Shown here: piece after piece, positions 17,901-25,000 of the stretch
How positions within the stretch are numbered: position 1 is the stretch's first letter
Layout of the letters: every line of letters begins with the position of its first letter
Position numbers and translations under genes: made by a program
The notes under the pieces: model-generated
What the model was told of the DNA's origin: nothing
The model's database searches: none
What the model saw: only the letters and a program-made list of their open reading frames with translations
Source: an uncultured archaeon
Lineage (GTDB): Archaea > Iainarchaeota > Iainarchaeia > Iainarchaeales > 0-14-0-20-30-16
Assembly (NCBI GenBank): GCA_964595665.1
Contig: CAZQQS010000006.1
Coordinates: 1 to 30,326, forward strand
Reading direction: 5' to 3'
DNA length: 30,326 nt

Positions 17901-18438
17901 AGTATTAAAATATTTTGAATTTGTATATTCTGGCGAGCAAGATAATTTAAAAAATGTTAAAGTTAATTTTAGTATAAGAAAATCAGAACTAATTGATCCC
18001 ACAAAAATTAAATTGGCAAGATACCATAATTCTCAATGGGTATATTATGATGTTGTTTTTGAGGATATGGGATATTATTACAAATTTACAGCAAACATTC
18101 CTGGGTTTTCATATTTTGCAATTGTAGATTATAATGTTGTAGACGAGGAAATAGAGGTTGTAGTACCTAAAGATGAAAATGTATTTGAGTTGCCTGTAGT
18201 TGATGAGAATAAAGTTATTGTTGAAAATATAAGTATAAAAAAATCTTTCAAACCAACTTATAACCAATTTATAATTGGTTTGGGAATTATAGCGATATTA
18301 ATTTTATTAGTTTTGCTTCTAGTTAATCTACATAAAAAACGAAAAGGTAACAATTATGCTTATAATTTTAAATTAGCTCAAACTGAAAATAAGATTTTGG
18401 AAAAGAAGTTAAAAGAAAAAACAGGTTACGATTTATAA
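11911..18438 (+). CDS. Surface protein B (paralog of A): signal peptide + NosD-like beta-helix + ~11 tandem CARDB-like modules + PGF-pre-PGF-like domain + TM anchor + short cytoplasmic tail
   Basis: 2175 aa. Signal peptide MDYKYLFLIIFGFLFLNLVSA, then INITSCQG..C..LTIDCNFHTISI. Helix cap IGGNLYLDENGN..DYYPL (13714-13857). Eleven ~105-115-aa modules carry the CARDB pattern (x-N-x-G-x..D/N-Y/F-x-V/I-x-F/Y-Y..NN). PGF-pre-PGF-like domain ending IPGFSYFAIV (PGF codons 18100-18108). TM helix at 18268-18330, followed by HKKRKG. The 35-aa tail ends KILEKKLKEKTGYDL. Confidence 0.9.
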   Translation: MDYKYLFLIIFGFLFLNLVSAINITSCQGIDSSYLNESLVLQNDLNESVLADYNACFYLEDDFSGANLTIDCNFHTISITANNVSLDAEISDIFANYWEEETEMDPIIHAFSLDSLTFKNCNFDLEAYVYYDSEDDANYEYGVSVLELSGADGNVYVNEINIIDSNMYVEGQGISFEDFILDSLDMNFYGSYFEPVEVDSEYELDYEPNFIDLENVFLGTLTINDLTDGNFDYINSFVKVTNKLERYDYDSCNIQIDSQTDLNLLILQNVSLDFLNVFDMEYYADVYGICDPITYDDFSVLRDSNFQIIFDNVDINTIGFKYLNLNITEYENLSPISLEPLVLNPGNAFLKLTNNSDINNIFFEASNVNLNAGSLVLLQDNNDLDLIMDLNDLNIFDILVGDTGNANIITSLYSNYNDVTINNLNSEGTKLTILQNIDSNFNYFNVFDSYFDTKAALFFFVEYYDDFLDINFYNSQIIIINNNPISFYDAEGLFSNSIDYLEISNLDLNTDENIFSLNNTTIGELILTDSNIYFNNSYASFGDIDSDSNIQSGSIYNNIFSANFEYVAYADANNLFNVDFNTVLTEDQTKRSAILDDDANYIGGNLYLDENGNNALFEDCTEYLYPGIFDCSLDLGMSTGESIFDYYPLVEYSLNYLPDISVYGYDYLSDFFFNNGNLDFNVFYTNLGNSSTDINIWVYVVKSLEDLNLQKNSPHLKLTSLVTVLPDNNYNSFFRYSVPADVVCMGENCGGPGAGLYSIYILSLLNNELCTLDIDSNCENNYLFEENIFAFYDDGNYLLEIYDIDVNQNVEGNIRVDCNIINIGDINSNLDYNVFLGYGDYNYVSHEYEFEFTQDNISESISAFGSKIVSFNVDVNAEDYNFRCEVADLGYSDGQYIKEFTFNSIDSNSAIDLVAESVDLNSYNVNLGEYIDLNFVYSNLGPDNATDFNLICGVYSNDVFLDNLFNENISESFFGTDYYVVSLVGDMAGSYDFNCYLISNVEADSNMLNNFFTSDTLTVSEGIDSNYIDVSIINVDVNDDYIEIGDSINVTCDFNNLSTLDTNYDLNAEIFVVDSWSLIENHSGTLLENTSSSWSFSATTDSLSAGDYNLRCIIDANEDINLNNNSEILTISVYDVPGENTFVDLNASLSSSSYVTKGNVIEMNLTIANDGNKATDSNYIIYFYTDNELEESCTINRNNVLAPNDGAVFGCEIDSSDISIGAHTLKGVVNYQGVDNNSDNNSSETLITVQYVDLNVSNMQISDDNVISGETFDMNFVLTNSGDANTDQNYIVQFYLDSNEIEFCYQNINSVLPNGNNIVYTCDNVDTTGLTLGDHNLIGLVTYLGYDVNSENNSNLLNILITEAPITYVDLNAYSLDSNVSSLLYGESLDINFGYQNVGNADANADYNIVYYIDSVEKANYLISDNLLFNTIDYNSYVWASNILGDVNVYVCITYSETEYLELNNCVQETYHVYYRDISVINAEVISDVIYGQDLNISVDLNNLGDFNSNDVNVYVYVLDSQNSDNNLINPVSILDFDANDSWNITSSFSNFNLTLNDLNILVEVITTETDYNTENHSSILFGNVAQIYYKDLNVYSVEFEDITPVYGSNVNLDLNIENNGNFDANDVTVLVYFIENSNTDNNFLYSTIEDFAFGETTTLTITWEDINILDVIDIYVELEVLNDYNELDNNRLFSTAATVGYVDLNSYIEVPDVNAGYTIDINCIVTNLGNLPADSYTISYYLNGILQDSNTLTNLLATESYAQTFSFSSNVKVDDQNLGCVVSFDSDFNNLNDSYFIDRNIGADSDVDLSIEAITFTGALNTLTEKIIDCNIGNVGSENAELDYNVLFYVNNVLTDFNLISEDLNINNYNLISFSWTPKVNGTYTFKCLVDYNVNNYLGFDQNLDNDYLTTNATINYVAPTNNSSSSGGSNISGTPKINAGNSITFIYNPLNTYSNIYLDSVDLELYSEFLIRPNLKLNIFPNIPNLYLISNPDIKVLKYFEFVYSGEQDNLKNVKVNFSIRKSELIDPTKIKLARYHNSQWVYYDVVFEDMGYYYKFTANIPGFSYFAIVDYNVVDEEIEVVVPKDENVFELPVVDENKVIVENISIKKSFKPTYNQFIIGLGIIAILILLVLLLVNLHKKRKGNNYAYNFKLAQTENKILEKKLKEKTGYDL
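13879..17664 (+). repeat. Array of ~11 tandem CARDB-like protein modules within gene B (protein-level repeats, ~315-345 nt each)
   Basis: Successive modules start (V/I/K)D(L/I)(N/S).. and contain NLGN/NIGD/NDGN/NSGD/NVGN/NNGN, then D(Y/F)N(V/I)x(F/Y)Y, and end with (D/E)xNxxNN. Examples: IANDGNKATDSNYIIYFY, LTNSGDANTDQNYIVQFY, NIGNVGSENAELDYNVLFYV. Confidence 0.75.
17713..18126 (+). other. PGF-pre-PGF-like domain in protein B
   Basis: ..NVKVNFSIRKSELIDPTKIKLARYHNSQWVYYDVVFEDMGYYYKFTANIPGFSYFAIV matches my memory of the archaeal PGF-pre-PGF domain (F.v.ksw....i.L.ry....W..l.t.......y.a..pGFS.FAi). Confidence 0.55.
18391..18435 (+). other. Conserved extreme C-terminal cytoplasmic motif KILEKKLKEKTGYDL (protein B)
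   Basis: See the A motif. Codon differences are atc/att (Ile), tta/ttg (Leu), aag/aaa (Lys) and ggc/ggt (Gly), with the peptide conserved. Confidence 0.7.
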
Positions 18439-18440
18439 GT

Positions 18441-18788
18441 TTATTTGGATTGCCAAGTAATAATATCTCCAAGTTTAAATTTAGAATAATGTTTTGTGGG
18501 TAATTCAATTAAATAAGTGCAAGGTTTTTTAGGGCTATAATGCAAACAAAATGGCTTTAAGATTGCTTTATCCACTACTTTTTTATCGTTGTCTAAGAAT
18601 ATTGCACATATTGGGGTAAACACAAATAACATGTGTATTGAATTTCTTAATTTAGCTTGTTTCTCCAAATAAAATATTAAGGCATAATTAAATTTTGTTT
18701 TGAACATTAGTCCTAAGGCCTTTGAAAAGAAAGATTTTGCGAGTTTGGTTTTTATAGTTAGGCAATTTTTGTCGTTTATATATAACAT
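18441..18788 (-). CDS. DUF192 (COG1430) domain protein
   Basis: The ORF track begins at a TTG (18812). The first ATG is 18788 (MLYINDKNC...), 28 nt downstream of a minus-strand TATA-like box (18810-18823), so I prefer 18788. AKSFFSKALGLMF..HMLFVFTPICAIFLDNDKKVV..YLIELP fits the DUF192 pattern (rGLM..M.f...piD..Fld..g.Vv..yvLEl). The stop is 2 nt from the stop of gene B. Confidence 0.75.
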   Translation of the reverse strand: MLYINDKNCLTIKTKLAKSFFSKALGLMFKTKFNYALIFYLEKQAKLRNSIHMLFVFTPICAIFLDNDKKVVDKAILKPFCLHYSPKKPCTYLIELPTKHYSKFKLGDIITWQSK

Positions 18789-18809
18789 AAAGCATAAAAT
18801 AATAGAAAA

Positions 18810-18823
18810 CAATATAAATATAC
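18810..18823 (-). promoter_or_regulatory. TATA-like box (tatatttatattg on the minus strand) for the DUF192 gene
   Basis: Centre is ~28 nt upstream of the minus-strand ATG at 18788. Confidence 0.4.
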
Positions 18824-18877
18824 TCGTGATTATTTATGGGTGTTTAAAGGTAATTGTAATATAGTATATTTAAATGC

Positions 18878-18896
18878 TTTTATACAAATATATATT
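18878..18896 (+). promoter_or_regulatory. TATA-like region (tttataca / aatatatatt) upstream of gene C
   Basis: The two overlapping AT boxes are centred ~29 and ~20 nt upstream of ATG 18911. A GGTGA at 18898-18902 could alternatively act as an SD if the TSS is further upstream. Confidence 0.35.
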
Positions 18897-18910
18897 TGGT
18901 GAGTGATATT

Positions 18911-19045
18911 ATGGGATTATCTGACTTATACTACAAGTTAGAAGAAAAATATTATGCTAGCTTAGATTGGTTTGATTCGAAAGGATTACACTTTTTTTAT
19001 AATTTTGATGCTTGGTTACAAAGTAAGAATATACCTTCTTTTCCA
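18911..19045 (+). other. Conserved cytoplasmic N-terminal peptide of protein C (MGLSDLYYKLEEKYYASLDWFDSKGLHFF..IPSF)
   Basis: Aligns with the D N-terminus: MGL.D.YY.LE.KYY..LD..D..GLH.....D......IPSF, immediately before the single TM helix. Confidence 0.7.
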
Positions 19046-22000
19046 ATAATGACTTTGTTATTGTTGATTTTTATTGCTGTTGTTGTTTTGGTAATATTAT
19101 ATTTCTTAGGTGTTTTAGGTACATCTATGACTGTTAATTTACAATTAGTTAACTCTAAAGACAACTACACTATGGCAAACATATCATTTATGGTAAATGA
19201 TAGTGTTAAAAGTGAATCTTATGTTACTGATAGTTCTGGTGAAGCTAAAGTAAAAGTTCGTAAAAATATCCCATTTTACGTAACAATTAACTCATCTGAA
19301 TATATTTTAGAAAATTCTGAATTTACTGCTTATGAAAGTAATGAATTAATTAAAGTTTACTTAAAGAGCTCATCAGCTTTATTAAGTTCTAAAGTTTTAA
19401 AGATCTTTGAGAATTTTGATTCTGGAATTTTGTTTTCTGAAGCAATAAGCGTAAATTTAACTTGTACTGGTAATTCAAACTATAACGAAACTATAGAAAT
19501 ATTGTCTGGTGTTAGAGATTTAAGCGATTTGCCAGAAGATTGTGGTAATTTAGAAGTAAGTGTAGATGAATACAATTATTCTAAAAGTTATAACTTAGCT
19601 AATCATGAATTTGAAGTTGCAGTAGATATTGCAGTTCCTAAAGGAACTATTATAATTAATGTATTAAATAACAGTTTAGAGCCAATTTCTAATGTTCAAG
19701 TTACTGCTTATTCTAATAATGTTCGTTATGCAGAAAGTTTAACTTCTGAAAGTGGAGTTGTTCAATTTGAATTAGATGCTGTAAGAGATTATACATTTAC
19801 TTTGAATCATTTGGGTCAAGATTATTCTACTTTAGTTACTTCTAATATGGAATCTGAATGTAATGGAAAAGTTTTAAAAAACGAAACTAAAACTTGTTCT
19901 TTAACTATGTTGGCAACAAATATTGGAAAAATTAACTTAGAAATATATGATGTTTCTGGTAAACCAATAACTAATGCTACAATTAAAGTATTGAAAAACA
20001 ATGTAGAACATTATAATTATAACTTAACGGCTGGAGATGCTGGAAAATTCATTTTTGGTGTGCCAGAATTAAGTCCATATAGAATAGTTATTGATTCTTT
20101 TGCATATATGATTTTTGATAAAGAAATTATGCCTTCTAATACTCCTACAAAAATTAATTTGGAGCCTGTATTAGATTCTCCTGTATTAAATGTTTTAGTT
20201 TTAGCTAATGGAGATCCAGTAGCAAAAGCAAATGTTCAATTGTATAAAGAGAATAATTTGATTTTAACTAAAGTAACTGGTGCCGATGGTATTGCTTATT
20301 TTGATAGATTAGAAAAAGATGTGCCTTATAGTGTTAAGGTATTAAAAAGTGATTACTCTCAAAGTTCTGAACCTTTGATTTTAAATCCAAGAATAGAAAA
20401 TACAATTACTGTTAATATGGTTGTTGGAAAAGGTAATGTAAATGTTTATGGTTATAATAAACAAGGTGTTGCTTTAGATGGTTTAACTGCTGAAATTTAT
20501 GATGTTTATACTAATAGAAAATTAGGTGAAGCACAATTAAAAGAAGGTTTGGCAACAATTTATGGTGTAAGTGCTGATAAAACAGTTTATGCTAAATTAG
20601 TTTCTGATTCAGGAGTAGGTTATTCTTTAGTTTCAGATATTAAAGCAAATTTCAATTCTGATTTAATAGTATATTTTAGTGATTATTCTAATAATTTTAC
20701 AATGGAAAATATTGGTATATTTAATTTAGATGGTTCATCAGTTTATACTGTGCCTTACCAAGTTGTAGAAAATAATGAATATTATGGTTTATTTTTATTA
20801 AATGTTCCAAAAGGTGCATTTAATGAATCTGAAATTTTATTTGTTGGTGGAATAGATTTAGAAAATGCAAATATTTTAATTAAAGATGCAAAAATGTTGA
20901 ATGCGAAATTAGAAAAAGGTTTGACTTATACTTCACCTTTAGGTTTTGCAGAAGATATGTTGAATAAAACTCAAGACGATGGTATTTGGGCTCAATTAAA
21001 AGCATCTAATTTAAACCCTGGAACTTATATCGTAAAAGTAAATTTTATTATTGACTCAGATCCTAAATCTCAATTATTTAATTTAGGTTATAGAGCTAGT
21101 TTGAAATCTGGTGGAACATACTTAAGATATCCTATAGATAATGTTTTGGGCCAAAATGAAAGTGCATCTAATAAATTAGGATTTTATTCTGAATTAGCTA
21201 AAAATGTAAACTTTAGAATTGGAAGTTTAAATTGTGTAAATTCTGGTTGTATAGAAATGACTGCTCAAGATGCACAAGGAAATAGAACTAAAGTTTATGA
21301 TGAATTATATTCTGTTTATAATTTGTCTACTGATTTAACTTTTAAAATAATTTCTGCACAAAAAACAACTTACAATGATTTAGTTTTTGAGATTGCATCT
21401 TTGAATAATGGATTAGATATTTCTAATGTTAATTTAAGATCTAATTCTAATAATTTAATAGTTCAAAAAACTACTAATAAATATACTACTAAATTAAATG
21501 AATTCGGACCAAATGTAGAATTAAATGGAAATATTAATTTTGCAGCAAATAAATCTGGAACTAATATTTTGAAAATAACTATTTATAATAATAAAAATGA
21601 AGAAATATTTACAAAAGAGATTGCTGTGACTGTAGATGCTCCAAAAGATTTGAGAGTAGAATATTTGCCAGCATTAATTGTGCCTTATGTAAATAATTTA
21701 GGTGCTGTATTTGTAAGCGATGCTTTAGATTCAACTCCTGTAGAAGCACATGTTAGTGCATATTTAAACGATGTTTTAATTGGTTCTGGAGTTACAGATT
21801 TTGAAGGTAAAATTCCTTTAGAAATAACTAAACCAAGTTCTGGAGATTCTTTAAAATTAAAAGCTACTGCTCCAGGATATAATGCTATAGAATCTGAATT
21901 AAAAATAACTGAGAATATTTTAATTGCTGATGTTCCTGAAATTACATATAATATTAATATTGATGAATTAGATTATTTAGTAAAGAATATTACTTTTACA

Positions 22001-25000
22001 ACTCCTTTACCAAATAAATTAAAAATACAAAGAATTAGTTTTACTAATAATGAATTTAATAAATTCTTAGAAGTTAAACATAATTTAAGAGCAAATTATG
22101 AATTTGAAAAAACTTTGAGTTTAGAGTTATCTGCAAAATTAACTACTGATGGAAAGAATTTATTAGAGCCAAAAACAATTAATACTTTTTTAGATTTGGT
22201 TGTAACATCTAATGAAATTAATGAAGTTTGGAATGTAAAAGTACCCGTTACTTTCTACATCCAATTATATGATTCTTTAGATAGTGTTGATTGTTTGAAA
22301 TTAGAGGTTTCTAATGATGATTTATCTGCAGAAGAATATGGTTTTAAATTAATTAATACTTGTACTTACAATGAAGTTGCTACTGAATTGTATAATGTTA
22401 AAACTTTTGTTGAATGGTCAGAAAATAAATTAGGTGAATTTGAATATGATAAAAAGATAATTGATTCTGAAGGTATGGATTTATTTGAATCTATTTCTAA
22501 GAGCACAAGTTATTCTTTATTATTCAAACCAAGTTCTAAAATATCTTCAGGAAAATCAAAAGCAAATTTTATAGTAAAAGCATATTATAGAACTAATTCA
22601 GGATTGCAAGAATTAGTTGTAAATAAAGAATTAGATATTATTTATAGTAAATTAAGTAATTGTTTAAAAATTACTACATCTGATGGTACTTTAATTAATC
22701 CTTCTGGTGTAAATAACCCTATTGTTGTTGGAGTAAGTCCATTTGGTATGGGTATGAATGCAATGAATGGTTTATATGGCAATTCTTATAATCCTTATTT
22801 AACAAATTCTTATGGTTCTGCAAATATTGTGCCAAATAGTGCAAGTAATTTATGGGATCAATTATCTTCAACATCAAATACTCAAGGTAATTTTAGTACT
22901 GCTGCAAATTTAGCAAGTTTAAATAGTAATTCTGGTGTTGGTTCAAATAATGTTCAACAAATGATGTTAATGTTACAAATGATGGGTGGGAGTTATGGTG
23001 GAATGAATCCCCAAATGTATTTGGCTCCTACAAGTAATTTAACTATTACTAATACTTGTGCTTACGATGTGGATGTTCAAGTTGGGGCTGCTGCTCAAAT
23101 TATGGTTAGTCCAAATTCATCTACAATTACTATTGGAAGTAATTCTCAAGTAACGGTAACTGCAAATAGTTTGCCTGGAATTTATAATTTAAATATTTTA
23201 GCAGGTTATAATGGAAATTTAAATCCGTTTGCTGTTTTACCAATAAATGTAATTGATTATGCTTCTGAAACAGTTCAAGATGATTGTTTTAAAATTGAAG
23301 GTGAACCAACATTAGATATGAGTTCGTTTACAAAAAATTATAAACAATTAAAAATTTACAATTATTGTTTTTCAAAAGGAGTTGTGTTTGATGATGCAAA
23401 TCCTATAGAATTAAATGCTTTATTTGCTGCTGAAGATTTAGTTATGAAAGACAAAGATGGAAAAGATGTTAAAGTTTTAGATAAAGGACAAAAATATGCT
23501 GAATTAAAAATAATTAAAAGTCCACAAATAGAAACAAGTAATACTTATGGTAAATATCAATATATAGAATTATTAATTTTGAAAAATTCTGCAATACAAG
23601 AAGTTAGTTTTAATAATTATGCTGGTACAAATACTTTGAGTGATACAGCTCAATCTTTAAGTGTTTTAAGAAGTGCTGCAACAGCATTAAATCAAAATGT
23701 GAACTTTAAAGCATTAGTTACAATTAATTCAAGAATTGGTTATGGTATGACTGCTCAAAAGAAAGCTGTTGTAAAAACATTAACAATAAGAGATTTATGG
23801 AATTTATTGGCTTTGGCTGGTGCTGGAGAATTAGATGCTGGAAATAGAACTTGTACTCCTAATAAATGGAGTTCATTTATTGATGATGATATTTCTTACA
23901 GTGTAAAATATTCTCAAATAAAAGATAGAATTCCATTAAATAATGAGAGTTGGGATTTATTAGATAAAGATTGTTTTGGATCATATGATAATGTTAAATT
24001 TAAAGACGATTATTTAGAACAAACTTCTAATGGAATAACTGTTAAATTAACTCCTCATTTCAAAGATAGAAAATTGTATTTTGATATTGATGTTAAAGGT
24101 TCTGGAGATAAATTTGAATCTACATATGATTTTGGTTATACTTTGCAATCATATTGGCATAGTGAAACACCTTTGCAAAAAAGAGATAGAACTTTGAAAT
24201 TCATTTTAACAATTACAGATGTTACTGCTGGAGACCCTGCTAAAGATCCAACTGCAGATGCAAAAACTCAAAATACAAAAGATGAATTTTGTATTGATAA
24301 GTTTGGTAATGAATGGAAATCTTTGAGTACTTATGGTTTTGGTTCTTTAGAAGGATTTAATAATGGAAATATGTTAAGTTTTGATTATAGAACTACTGTT
24401 ACTCCAGATTGTACAAAAACATTTTGTGATGCAGAACAATTAAAGAAATATTTGAAAGGTAAATTTACTACTTCTTTGTCAACTAATATTGTTTATGAAA
24501 CTTATTTGTCTCAAAAATATGTTGTTAAAAATGCAACTGATAAGAATGTAATTGAATTGTTGCCTTCAAAAGTATTGGATAAAGTTTCAATGTATTTCTT
24601 AGAAAAATATTTAGCTGAAGCAATTGCTGATACGGCTATTGAAACAACTGGATTTGATAAGTTTAAAAACTTGGTTAAAGAAATGCCAAATTTATTTTTA
24701 GTTACTACTAGTGGATGTTATACTGGAACTACAGCTTATGGTTTTACTGTAGTTGGTTCAAATAAATGTTATTATAATGCACAAAAAATGTCTCAAGATG
24801 CTTCAGGACAAACATATATGAAAGATATTTTTAAAGGTGCTTTTGACGTAGTATTCTTAGTTCCTGAAACTAAATGGATGTTAATAGGTTTTAATCAAGC
24901 TTGGAATGTAAAAGTTGAAACAGTTTATTTGAAACCTGATAATTATAAAATGTATTTTGAAGGAAGTAATTTCTTAAGTTATGATGCTAATGTATTTGGT

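Noticed and set aside
17784-18002. 72-aa minus-strand ORF inside gene B
   Set aside because: It is antisense to the PGF-pre-PGF-like domain and has no supporting signals.
18268-18438. C-terminus of B considered as a PGF-CTERM or other sortase-type tripartite signal
   Set aside because: No PGF (or other signature) lies immediately before the TM helix, and 29 further residues follow the basic cluster. Known exosortase/archaeosortase signals end at the basic cluster.
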